64,000 nt of DNA from Phaeosaccion multiseriatum (taxonomy: Eukaryota > Protista > Ochrophyta, other classes), in assembly GCA_965112735.1 (NCBI GenBank), contig OZ218950.1, forward strand, positions 3,844,001 through 3,908,000, written 5' to 3'. Below are positions 12,070 through 23,906 of the stretch, piece after piece. The notes beneath the pieces were generated by a model that did no database searches, was not told where the DNA came from, and saw only the letters and a list, made by a program, of their open reading frames with translations. Made by a program: the position numbers and the translations under genes. Position 1 is the first letter of the stretch. Every line of letters starts with the position of its first letter.

Positions 12070-15000
12070 CGGACAGACGCAAACGGGTGCGAGGTTAGAC
12101 AGACAAGAGAGAGGGGCGAAGACGCACACAAGGAGAGAGAAGGGGGTGCAGATCGACAGATACACAGACAGGAGGGGTAGAAGATTGAAGGAGAGGCAGG
12201 CGGAGAGCCAGACAGACAGGCAGACTGACAGACAGACTGACAGACAGACAGACAGACAGACAAGACATTCAGGTACAGAGGACAGGACAGACGAGAGAAG
12301 AGGAAGGAAAACAAGACGCACACACGCTGCAGAGAGAGGAGACTTCAACCGCACAAGCAGCACACACACTATCTTCAAGAGCCAAACCAAAGCCAAAGTC
12401 CCAAAACCCCTCGCTCACTGCTTTTCGCTTCGCTCCCTCACCTTTGCCACGAACATGGTGTACCCGCAGTCATTGCACTCGCACTTTTGGGGAGGCCCGG
12501 CTGGCTCTCCGTCGTCGTCATCGCTTGGTGCCGGTCTATGCACCTCTTCGGTTAGGAGGTCCCAGCCCTCCTCCTCCCCTCCCTCTTCCATCTCTTCCCC
12601 CTCTACCTCCTCCTCGACCTCCTCCTCCTCCTCCCCCCCCTCCTCCTCCCCCTCCTCTACCTCCTCTACCTCCTCTACCTCCCCCTCCTCCGTCTCCTCC
12701 TCCTCCTCCTCCTCCTCCTCCTCCTCCTCCTCTTCATACTCACCTTCCTCCATCTCCTCATCCCCTTCCTCCCAATCCTCCTCCTCATCGAGATCCCCCT
12801 CGAGCTCGTAATTTGTCGCCATCTCATACCAAAGTGCCTCTTCCCTCTCCTCCTTGCTCTGCTTCTCTGTCATATCCTTGAGCATGCTGAGTTCCGTCTC
12901 ATCCACATCCTCTGGGACTTCGACAGGCTCCGCCACCTCTGAGGGATCGTCCAGCCCTGTCTCTTCGTCCAATTGCTTCCCCTCGAGCATCACCAACATT
13001 TCCTTGCCTTGCTTAATCTCCGCCTCGCTCTCAAGCTCGTAGGTACCTTCCACGTCGCCGGCCTGTGTGTGTATGTGTGTGTGCGGTGTATGGCAATGAA
13101 CAAGAGTGTGTTTGACATGACATGATATGAGCATGACGGACGCGAATCAAAGCCAAGGCAAAAGCAAACGTAGAGGGTATGCATGTATCCATGTGAGCAA
13201 GCCACAGCTCCAAGACGTTCTTCGACTCACAACACACACACTCACACACACAGAGAGAGAAAGAGACACAGAGAGATAGACACATAGACAGACAGACACA
13301 CACATAGAGAGAGAGTGAGAGTGAGAGGCCCTTCCTCACACCACAGACCACAGCAACTTACCAGCGTCAGCTCTTGCCCCCCGAGATTGTCATCCTCGGT
13401 CTCTTTTCCCTGATCGTCCAATTGCGTCCCCATCATGTCTTCGTTACGCTGCTTTCCATAGTAAAACTTTTCGTCAGCTAAACTCATCCCACCCATCCCC
13501 CCATAATCCATGTCGTCGGCTTCCCCCACGCCCTCCTCGCCCTCTCCGCTTCCGCCCCCGCCTCCCTCCCCCTCTCCTGTACTACTCGGAGTGGGCTTGG
13601 GCCTCCTTGGTCTCAGGAATTTCTCCTTCAGGTCCAAGGCTTCCTCCTCTGTAAAGCCGAGAAGCTCGTAGCCTTCAGGAAGCCCCTCCGCCCCCCTTGG
13701 CATGGTGCGAACTGAAGAGGATGAGACGGGAAGATGGGAGGAGAGAGCGGGAGGGGGTGCATCCACAAGGAGAGGAGGTGGGGGAAGTGAAAAGGGGGCA
13801 ACATACACACACACGCGCGCGCGTGTGAGCAAGGCGTTTTCCACAACAGACAGACAGACAGCAAACCTCTTACGTGATTCACGAAGCCCCACGGTCGGTA
13901 GCGTCTCAATGGCCATGTCAATGTCCTGGGCCCCGCCTCCGAACTTGACCTTTAGTGACTTGGCCATCTTGGCGTAGAGGTCGTCGTTGATCTTCTGGGC
14001 CTTCTTGTTGCTGGTGAGCTGCTTGGCAAGGAAGTACAGCTGGTTGCGTGCCTCTGCGGCGTCTCCAGTGCCCATGGCAGTGGTCAAGATGCATTTTGAC
14101 AACTGCGCCAAAGGAAAAGGTCGCATGTGACACGAGGGAGAGAGACAAAGAAAGACAGGGAGAGAGAGAGAAAGACAGAGAGAGGCAGAGCGGGTGGATG
14201 AGATGGGGAGAGAGAGAGACGCGACACTGATTGATTGCACACTGTAGTAGTACAGGGGGGGGCAGGGACATCACAACTACCATTGACGTAATGAGAGCTC
14301 TTCCCTCCCTCCCTCCCTCCCTCCCTCCCTCCCTTAATCAATCAATCAATCAATCAAAGCACTTGCATCTTGTATCCATCCATCTCACCATTGCCTCCTT
14401 TACCCCCAGCGAGTCCGAAACGGTTTTGACGCACGAGATGACCTCACATGACATGGGCAGCTCAACCTGAGAGAAAGAGAGGTGTGGGTGGGTGGGGGGT
14501 TGAAAGGGAGGAGAAGGAAGTGGGGGGGGATAGGGGAGTAGTGAGCATCCGCAAGAACAGCGGGGAAGGAGGGAGGAAGGGAGAGGGGCAGAGGGGAGGC
14601 AAGCGTAGAAGAGCAGGGGGGTGGGGGCTCAATCCAGTGGGACCTGGAGCATTCAGAACAGCATTCGTCCCTTCTCAGAGCACGAAGATGCCTCCTTGGA
14701 GCTGCTTAGAGTGACATGGCTCCGTATCGGGTCATGACTGTCGAGCGAGTGATGAGAGCGATGCGAGAGGTGCGGGCCTGGACTCTTCCCTTCGTCGTAA
14801 TCAAGGCTCACAAGGTGTCAGCGTTGGGGGTTTGAGTCCCAGCCATGAACTGAACTTGGTAGGCAGGCTCGAGCGAGGCTCGAGGGAGGCTCTTAAGCTT
14901 GCATGTCTCGTTTGTTTCACAGCACTCACCAAAGCTTTGAGTAGGGATAGCATCAGTACTTTTTTCCGCACCAGGAAGCCGAGGCCAGATTTGTACTCCT

Positions 15001-15432
15001 CGAGGACTTCTGCTACGCTCGCAGCATTGTCGCTGCAAATGCGGAGAGAGAGAGAGAGAGAAAAGAGAAGGAGATGGAGAACACGAGAGAGAGAGATAGA
15101 AGGAACGAGACAGAGGGGTGGATGAGAACCCGCGTCCCTGTCTTCATCGAGCAACTACACCACTGCCACTCCCATAGTCAGTACCACGGAGTTAGATGCG
15201 CTTACATATCATATCCAGCATGAAGCATGATTTCCTTCCTGCCTGCCAGCTGTGAGCTGAATCACTTACATATTGACCGACATCTCGGGTCCAAAGTTTT
15301 CAACTAACTCGTCGCTCCCCTTTGTGAGACCCTGGTAGATGACATAGAAGCTCCCGCCCACACCACCAATGATCGCTGCCTTGGTTACAATGCCTCGTAA
15401 TGGGCTTTGCTCCTGCATTTTCGTGTGTGTGT

Positions 15433-15463
<31 letters not shown>

Positions 15464-16953
15464 GGGGAAGGGTGGGGTGGGGTGGGGTCCAAAACAACAA
15501 GCAGCGGGGCTCGTAATTGGAGTTCTTGAGGCGGTCACGAGAGCCAAACAGCCTTCATGCCTGGACGGGAAAGCACTACACACTCTTGGAAGCCTTCTTC
15601 CTCTGACAAAGGCCAAGGACGCGAAAATCGATCCCTCTATTGCTTCCTCGCTCAGCAGTGCTGTCGTCAGGTCAGGTCTATCGTTGAAACATCCACACAT
15701 CTTCCCAACGTGCCATACTCAGCGCGCAGGCGCACCACACGCTCTAGTTGCGGCGAATTGCCGGTCTATCTGTCACATCCCCCCCCCCCCTTCCCTCTCT
15801 CATGTTCTCTCTCGCTCCTCGTGACTCACTCACCACTTGTGACTGACTCGCCGCCTGTTCTCGAAAGAGCTGTGTTCTCTCCCTCATGGTAAGCTCGGCC
15901 TCCTCCTCCTCCTCCTCCTGGTGGATTGAGTATTGAGCCACAACGGAAGCATGCGATTTTGAGCCCCAAGTGTTTGTGCGCATGAAGGAAGCACAGAATG
16001 AAGCCCAGCACCCGCCCAACATCAAAGGAGAGTCGGGGAAGAGGGGGGGCGGGGTGAACCAGGAGTTAAGCAGTGCGAGGATTGTGTCACGTTGGTACCT
16101 CCCCCCATCTGTTAGAGGGGTCACCTCGGCGAGGGGGGGTGAAGCATCCCACACACAAGACTTTGGATTACGCTCTGTGCGATTGCCGTGCTAACGATGT
16201 GCCTGCCATCTTACCGTGTCCTGCTCCTCCCCCACCAAGGTTTCCATCGACGACACTTCTCGGTACGCGTTTGAGTTCCTCTGCTGCTGCGTAGAAGCCA
16301 TCTCTGCGTATCCTCCCCCCGTTGCACCTCCAATCCTCACAGATTTGCCATTGCCCAGCCCCATCCGAAGAGGTAGCCTCGACTGTGGACAGGCAAGCAG
16401 AGCAGCAAGCAGCAGCAACCGCAGAGCGGAAATAAGTGTGTGAGTAAGGGAAGGAAGACTCGGATGCTGCGGCACTACCATTGACCAACAGCCTTGCATG
16501 CCCATGTGTAAGACCTGCCCCTTACATTGAACCCCCCCTCGTTGCCATGTTTCCCCACGGTCATGATCTGCTAATGCACTTGCTGCCCTGCTGCATGTGC
16601 CGGCAATCGCATCGATTACCGAGGACAATGAGCTGACAATCCGCAGCCCTTTGGCTGTGGCTGCCTGGCATGCACGCAATGCATACATACGCAAAAAAAA
16701 CGCAACGTTGCAACTCATACAAAAGGCTCGTTGCCCTCCACTACAGCAGCGTAGAGCACACCCCGTGCAATTCTCCTCCAGACTCCCCCCACCTCCCAGC
16801 ACAGCTGCTGGTGAAGTAAGGGGAAGGGGGGCTGGCTGGCTGGTGCCTACGTACCTTACTATAGGAGACTGGCATCGCCGGCGCAGCAAAGAAACCATCG
16901 CACACGCCTACACCGAGCGTGGCGAGCACCGCGATGGCGTAGATGCGGTGCAT
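11900..16953 (-). CDS. Plastid-targeted membrane protein with an acidic tract and C-terminal rubredoxin-like domain (multi-exon)
   Basis: N-terminus MHRIYAIAVLATLGVGVCDG-FFAAP (signal peptide + Phe, ASAFAP-type); TM segment AAIIGGVGGSFYVIY; helical middle exons; poly-Glu; C-terminus KCECNDCGYTMFVAK|GREFKFFGDDFECPECGAPKSEF with two CxxC split by an intron. Confidence 0.75.
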
Positions 16954-17308
16954 GCTCAGCCTTGTGGCCCTACACCTCTGCTGCTTTGCAAATGTGGCGC
17001 GCGCTGCTCGTTCAACAAGCAAAGCACGAAACAGAGTTGGTGGGCTCCAAGTGGCTCAAGGAACGCGGGAGAGGGGGGGGTATGTTTCATTTTGTTCGTA
17101 TATACCCCTGCTGAGGTCTCGCACCTCGCACTCGCACCGCACAGCCCGGGTAGTCAGTCGAAGTCAGGGTAGCCCTCTGCTATTCGAGGGCCGCAGATTG
17201 CATGCTGCGGGTCCGATAGGCTGCTGTACAATAGTGATTGCTTGGATTGTTTTTGCTACTGTATGGGGTTTGTGACGTAAAGAAGCGCCCTACTAATGTA
17301 TCAACTAC

Positions 17309-17619
17309 TCGACCCCTGACACGCTATCCGCTAACGCTATCGCCGGCGCCAGCCGGCACGCTATCCGCTATCTCCGGCGCGCTATCCGCTATCGCCGGCG
17401 CAGCCGGCTCGCTATCCGCTATCGCCGGCGCCAGCCGGCGCGCTATCCGCTATCGCCAGCGTCAGCTGCTACCGCACCGGGGGGGGGGGGGGGGGGAGAG
17501 CTGACGCCAGCCGGCGCGCTATCCGCTATCGGCCGGCGCCAGCCGGCACGCTATCCGCTATTGGCCGGCGGCCGATAGCGCGCTATCGAGAATGTGAGCG
17601 ATAGCGTGTCAGGGGTCGA
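17309..17619. mobile_element. MITE (311 bp): 20-bp TIRs, 6-bp TSD AACTAC, internal ~31-bp tandem repeats
   Basis: aactac|TCGACCCCTGACACGCTATC...GATAGCGTGTCAGGGGTCGA|aactac, with about 7 internal copies of (GCCGGCGCCA)GCCGGCGCGCTATCCGCTATC. Confidence 0.88.
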
Positions 17620-17621
17620 AA

Positions 17622-20497
17622 CTACGCGAAAGCGTCCACGAGCGTGAAGGGGCTGCGGCTGCTACCGCCGCTGCTGCTGATACCCGCCCCGGCCAGCAAC
17701 ACATGCGGAAGCATCATGCTATCGAGATGGTTGGTTGTGCCCTCATGGGGGCTCGAGTCCTTCTCCTCAAGCTGCCGGTGCTCTATTTGGGGACCATTGC
17801 GAGTCCGAGGGATGCCTCGACTGCTACTGCTGCTCACTCCTATTGTCGGCTCGCTCTTCACCTTTTGCTGGCCCGGGGCGGAGCGCTGCTTCGTTTCCCC
17901 TTCTTCGGCCGCACCCGGTCCTTCTTGGTCCTTCTGCGTTAGTCGCGCTGCTGCTTCTGCTGCTGCCGCTGCTACTTGGTCCGGCTTTTCAGAAGTGTCG
18001 CAAAGCACTCGCCCGCCCAAAGAGTAGATCGGAGACCCACAGCTCCATTCCTTCTTCTTCATCACAGCGGTCTTGGCATGGGCGGGACGGAGAAAAGTCG
18101 AGTCGGGCGCCTGCCTGGACGAAGGGAGAAGTAAGATGCACTGCTGCTGTATCACCAACTGCTGGTGCTGCTTCTGTGGCGGCCGCCGTGGCGAGCTCTG
18201 CTGCTCACCAAGGCCGTCCAGGGCGTCAAGGGGGTGGGCGTTGACGTGTTGCCAGCAGGAGGAGGAGTGCTCAGTCCCAGCAGCAGCGCTCCCCACAACG
18301 GACTCCTCTGGGCCCATCTGCTGCCACCGGTCGGCCGACAGGACGCACGAGGACGAAGGTCCCATGATACCAATGATACCATCCTCGTCTCCCTCCTCTC
18401 CCAGGCTCAGTTGGAGCAAGGCCGCGGAGCACTGGGGAGGGCGTGCGAGTGGTGCCGCCGACACGCCACCCAATCCAGTGTTTGGCGACGGCTGTAGCTG
18501 CTGGTGGTGCTGCTGTTCTCGCTTTGACGAAGACTCGCCCAGTCTCTGCCCTCCAAGCTGTCCCTCCTGGCGTGGCGCCACCGTGACCAAGTCAGCGGGT
18601 ACCTGCATCCGCAGCAAGGGGCCGGTCTTCTCCTCTTCGCGAACGCCCTCTTGGTCAGCCGGGGCGGCACTAGCAGTAGCAGTAGTGGCAGTAGCCGCAG
18701 CACTCGGAGCAGGGCCATCCGGCACATCATCAGTCGCCAGCCGTACGTAGGACTCTTGGGGATGCAGCGAAATGCCCCCTTGCCCCTCTCCTTCTCCTTG
18801 CCCTTCATGTACCTGCTGCTCGGAGGGGAGGAACAAAGTGTAGGCAGGGTCCACATTGCTCCCGGCTGCTGCAGCTCCGCCTGCCGTTTGTGCTAGCCCC
18901 CCCCCAGCCCTTCCTCCCCCCTGCTCGACAAGCTTCATTCCCCCTTCCTCTTTGCGTGCAATGAAAGGCGAAGACTGCGAATAGCCCCGCTGCTGCTGCT
19001 CCTGTTGCTCCGTCATCTCCTTTGACAGTGTTGCGGTGGATAGACAAATGGGCGGGGGTATTGTAGGTATCTGAAGAGTGCAGAAAGGAGTGTCTCGCCG
19101 TTGTAGCAGTTGGAGCGTTGAAGGCCTCCGCGTGCCCTCGACGTGTGATAAAGCCCTTTCTCTGCTACTCCTGCTGGCGCTTCCTTGTAGTGACCTTTTT
19201 CGGCCTCCACCCCTGGCTACGCGCACCTCCGCCGTCAGAAGAGGGGCGATCGCCACGGTTTCGTCGCAATCCCCTTCGGCGCTCTGCCCTCCTCCCCCTG
19301 GTGCGTCACGCGCGCCTGTCGTGCCTGTCCCTTCTTTACGTACGCCAGGAGAGGGACGCCGGGAGAGAGTGGAATGTGTCCCCTGGGCAAGTGATGCCAT
19401 GTCGTGGATGGGGCCTAGTCGATCTCGAAGAGGAAAGCGCTGTCCCTTATGCTGCCTATTCTGCTGTTGATGCTGCAGCTGCAGCATCTGCTGCTCCTTC
19501 TGCTGTTGTAGCCGCTGTAGCTCCCTACTCTCTTTGAGCTGTTCCCGCCTCAATCGGGTTGCTGCGCGGTCCGCGGTCCCTGCACTAGATACTCGCGCCC
19601 ACTCCTGAAAAACGAGCCTAGTGCGAGCCAAGACAAACCAGCAGCAGGAGAGTTTAAAGCTAATGAAGGACTGACCTCATTCCAGAGCATAGAAAGGGGT
19701 CGGGGGACACACATGAGCTTTCGCACCTGACCAAAACCCACGAGACACCACGCTTCATGTAGCCGGCTTCAATCTCCTTGCGCGAGGACGCGCAATGCTT
19801 CTCCAGCCTCCGGAGCTGGGCGTTGGACTGCCGTACGATTATGCACAGCGCCTGGAAAGCCTTGTCTTTCGCCTCCATATCTTTGTGGAGCTGCATTTCT
19901 CGTTCCTTTTGCTTCTCCGCTTGCCACAACGCATTGTTTGTGGTTTGTACTGCAGGCATTCATTCGAGAGGGGGCGGTGACTGTGAGGGCTCTTTCGAGA
20001 GAAACTCTTGTCAATTCGCTCTCCCATGGCATGTACCTTCATTCTGGAACTCGTTGGCAGCGTCATCCACCAGCTTCAAGTCCTCGAGGTCTCCGAAAGC
20101 GGCATCAAAGGCCTTCAGCGACTTCCTCCGGCGCCGAGTCACAGTCGCGCGTTTTATAGAGGCGGGCGACGAGGGCCCCTCTGTACTCGGTGCGTGCAGC
20201 CAATTGTTTCGGGGTTGACAGCAGCAAGTTTAGGGGACGTTGTGATGTGAGAGCTTCGTGCTGGAGCAGGGCCCAGTCGACTGGAAGGCACCTTCTTTTT
20301 TACGAACAGCAAGGAATCAGGTTCTCACCTCGCGGCTTCGCTCTCTTCCCAGTCCCTTGGCCTTGTGGTGACTTGCTGCTCGTCCGATTGAGGCCTCTGG
20401 GGCTGCTGGAGGGGGAGGCGATAAAACTCATCGCCTCACTCTGGCGTAGCCCTATCGCTCTCTGAGAAGAGAGGGAGAAGGAGGGCGCGGCCCTCAT
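17622..20497 (-). CDS. Hypothetical protein with N-terminal coiled coil and long disordered C-terminal exon
   Basis: Plausible exons ~20497-20328, ~20280-20037, ~19950-19726 (coiled coil ALWQAEKQKEREMQLHKDMEAKDKAFQAL) and the 669-aa ORF 19631-17622. No recognised domain. Confidence 0.55.
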
Positions 20498-20604
20498 TTT
20501 GTTGACATATCTTTTGAAACGGTTTTTCGATCAACTGGCGGGGAGTAACGGGGAATTCTTCTTCCTCCTTCACAATACCTGTTGATGAACCAAGCCTGCT
20601 GAGG

Positions 20605-23387
20605 ATGGGGTGGCTTGAGTGGCGTACGCGAAGGCGTAGGGCTAAAGAGGCGGAGCCGCTTCTACAGCATCACGTTCGTCAGATCCGAGTACCGTCGAAT
20701 CTACCGCCGACAGGGAGAAGGAGATGGATAGGATGGATCGGCGGGGTTGTGATGATGAGTGGGTCCTTGGCTCTGCTTGTACTGATGGCCACCTCGGTGC
20801 GAGAGACGGCGAAGGAAGAGAGGGCCGCAGCACAGCCAGACAGCGCGGTCCGTGAGGCGTACAGATTAAAGAAGGAGCAGGTAGCGGGGATGGCTGGCCG
20901 GGAGGGAAAGCTGGTAGGGGTGTCCGTGTCCGGAGCAGCAGAGGCGTCGGACGCTCAATCGCAGCTACTGAAGAGCGGGCAAGAAGGCGCTGCTGGGCCT
21001 GGTGAAGCCGAGGCGACAGACAAGGCAGGTGGCACAGGCGAAACGCCAGAGGGGAGCGGCCAGGATGGGGCGGGGGTGGATGGAGCCGGCGCGGGAGGTC
21101 AAAGTGCAGGAGGGAATGACTCCGAGGTCAATGGGAAGCCGAATATCATATACATCATGGTGGATGACATGGGGTGGAACGACATTGGCTACCAATCCTC
21201 AGACCTTTCAGAGGTGACGCCTTTCCTCGACAAAATGGCCTCGGAGGGCATCAAGCTTGACCACTACTACAGCATGTACCTGTGTACTCCTGCTCGGGCT
21301 GCGCTCATGACGGGTCGGTATCCTTACCGGTACGGACTTCAGTACGCAGTCATCCAGCCAGGGGCGCCATACGGCCTCCCCCTGGGCGAGAAGCTCCTCC
21401 CAGAGTTCTTTCAGGAGGCTGGGTACACCACGCACATGACCGGCAAATGGCACCTTGGGTCGTACGATGACGCCTATTTGCCCACCTTTCGCGGCTTTGA
21501 GACCTTCCTCGGCTACCTTAATGACGAGGAAGACTACTGGACCCATCAGGGCTACAGCACCCAGGAGGATGGGCGGAAGTTCTTCGACTTCGGCTTCGAC
21601 ACCCAAGACGGCTACTATGAGGATAAGGCTTCCCATACACCCTACGAGTGAGTGTTAGTAAGTGCTAGTGTGTAACTGACTACGTCAGTGAACTGAGGGG
21701 GGCTGAGTGAAGTGAGGGAGGGTCTGAGTGAACGAGTGAGCGTAGGAAAGAGGGTGGGGCTTTGGCGCTTCAGCAGTTTATGTGCACCGAATGCCTCTTG
21801 GCTCCGTGCTGTCTTTTCTCCCTTCGGCCTCTCTTCGCTTCCCCTCACCCTGTCGCTGTGTTCCTTCCTCCAACTCCCACCCCCCCCCCCCCGTCCGCCC
21901 CTTAGGTTCAAGGACCTTACCGGAGTGTACTCGACCAAAGTCTTTACCGACAGGGCCATCGGGCTGTTGAGTGAGCACAGAGCGCGCGAGACAGAGAAGC
22001 CTCTGTTCCTGTATGTGTCTCATCAGGCCGTGCACTCGCCCCTCAGCCCTCCATCCATGTCTTCCATACCCAAGCACATTTTAGAGACCATTCGGGCCTC
22101 GGATGTGTCTCACGATAGGAAGCAGTTCGCCTACGTCCTGGCATACCTGGATGGTGAGTGAGAGTCCAAAGGCAGTGAGTGAACATCTATCTCTTAAAAA
22201 TTTCGCCGTGGATAGCCAAGAGGCGGGGAGAGAGAGCCCCTTTCTCGCTTCCCCTGCCTTCGCTGATGTTGTGTGTTCCTTTGTACCCCCCTCGTGACTG
22301 ACGCATGCACCCCCCTTGCTCCATCCTCCTCCCTCGTAAACCCTTCCTTCCCTGCGCAGTGAGCATCAAGGAAATGATCACCTCCCTCAAAGACGTTGGG
22401 TTGGACAACACCCTCGTGGTCGTCGCATCGGACAATGGCGGGTGTCCATCAAGCGGTGGCAGCAACTACCCTCTGCGGGGCATCAAGCACTCGTACTTCG
22501 AGGGCGGAAATCGGGTGCCCGCCTTCATCTATTCACCTTCTACCGACATTATTCCCACGGAGCTTCGAGGCACAACATACAGCAACCTGATGCATGTGAC
22601 GGACTGGCTGCCCACTCTGGCCCACTTCACGGGCATCGACTACGCGGGACACTCGCCTATCGATGGGGTGAACCACTGGACGGCCCTCATGGAGGGGTCG
22701 TCCTCGACACCGCGAGACACTGTTGACGGTGTTGACAACATTGCAGGGACTGCTGTGAGCCCTCCTCGGACGGAGATGGTGTACAACTGGGACGACGCGC
22801 AGGAGAACACGAGGTACAATGAGTCCTCTTCCTCCACCCCTACCAGCAGCGACACCGAATTCCTCATGACGGTACCGCCCAAGGGTGCCATCCGAGTGGG
22901 CAAGTACAAGCTCATCATTCAGGAGTGGTGCTTCGCCTATCACAGCTTCCTCTCCACTGACACTATCAACCAACACGTGTGCCAAGACTTGGCCATTTGC
23001 ACTTCTTGCGGGGCCACCTGCGTGGGGCTCCTGAAGCACATCCCCGGCAACTACCTCTTCGACCTCGACGCAGACCCGATTGAGCAAATCAACTTGATTG
23101 ATAGCGAGCCCCTCCTCGCGGCCTCCCTCTACAAGCGCTGGGAGGAGTTGACGCTCGACCACGAAGAGAGTATTATGAAGGATGCCCTCATTCACGCTGC
23201 GGAGTCCGTCTGGGACAATCACGGAGAGTGCATGGTGCCCTGGTGGCAGGAGTTCTCACACCATAATGCGACGGGCTACCCAGACCCCTCGGGAAATTTT
23301 TCGGACATGCCCACACACTCCGAGGGGGACACGGGGGCCTACGTGTGGGACTCGGACAACCCGGACACTGCCAACAAGCCCAGCTGA
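20605..23387 (+). CDS. Arylsulfatase (formylglycine-dependent S1 family, ARSB-like) with N-terminal TM anchor
   Basis: [29 protein letters not shown] (CxPxR), [28 protein letters not shown]...[25 protein letters not shown]. Introns ~21648-21906 and ~22154-22359 splice in frame. Confidence 0.95.
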
Positions 23388-23708
23388 GGGACTGAATGAA
23401 TGAATGAACAAGTCGTCGTGAGTGAAGGAGCACGTGTGCGGGGGGGGGGGGAGGAGAAGGAGGAAGCAGTGAAACGGGGAAGACCGGTGGACACGTTTAC
23501 GTCGTGGGCACGTTCAGTCTTTTCGTCTTTTACTTTATTGACGAGTGTGTATGTGTAATCGCAACTAATAACTAGTCCCCCCCAGAGGGGAGGGACAATG
23601 CGCTAAGAAATCTAAAAAATAACACTACCGTCCCCAGAGGGGCCGAGAAGCAGCGCCCCGGTCTTGAAGAGACTTGGTGCCTTGGCGACAAGAGCCAAGG
23701 ACAATAGG

Positions 23709-23833
23709 AGACAAGCAAGTGGCCGTACCATTTACTCCCCTCCCCTCTCGCCTCTCTTCCCTCTCACTCGCCGTACCATTTACTCCCCTCCCCTCTCGCC
23801 TCTCTTCACTCTCACTCAAGTAGACAAGCAAGT
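23709..23833. repeat. 2 x 48-bp tandem repeat flanked by a 12-bp direct repeat AGACAAGCAAGT
   Basis: AGACAAGCAAGT at 23709-23720 and 23822-23833 flank two copies of GCCGTACCATTTACTCCCCTCCCCTCTCGCCTCTCTTC(C/A)CTCTCACTC. Confidence 0.85.
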
Positions 23834-23906
23834 CTTTCCACCCTTCTTTCCCCCCTCCCCCTGTAATCGTCCACCTTAAGCATCCAGTTTCAAATAAAAA
23901 AAACGC

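Noticed and set aside
14815-14855. tRNA/SINE B-box-like GGTTTGAGTCCC in an intron
   Set aside because: No cloverleaf or A-box could be built by eye.
17325-17590. CRISPR-like array of ~31-bp repeats
   Set aside because: Repeats are head-to-tail without unique spacers, lie inside TIRs, and there are no cas genes in this eukaryotic context.
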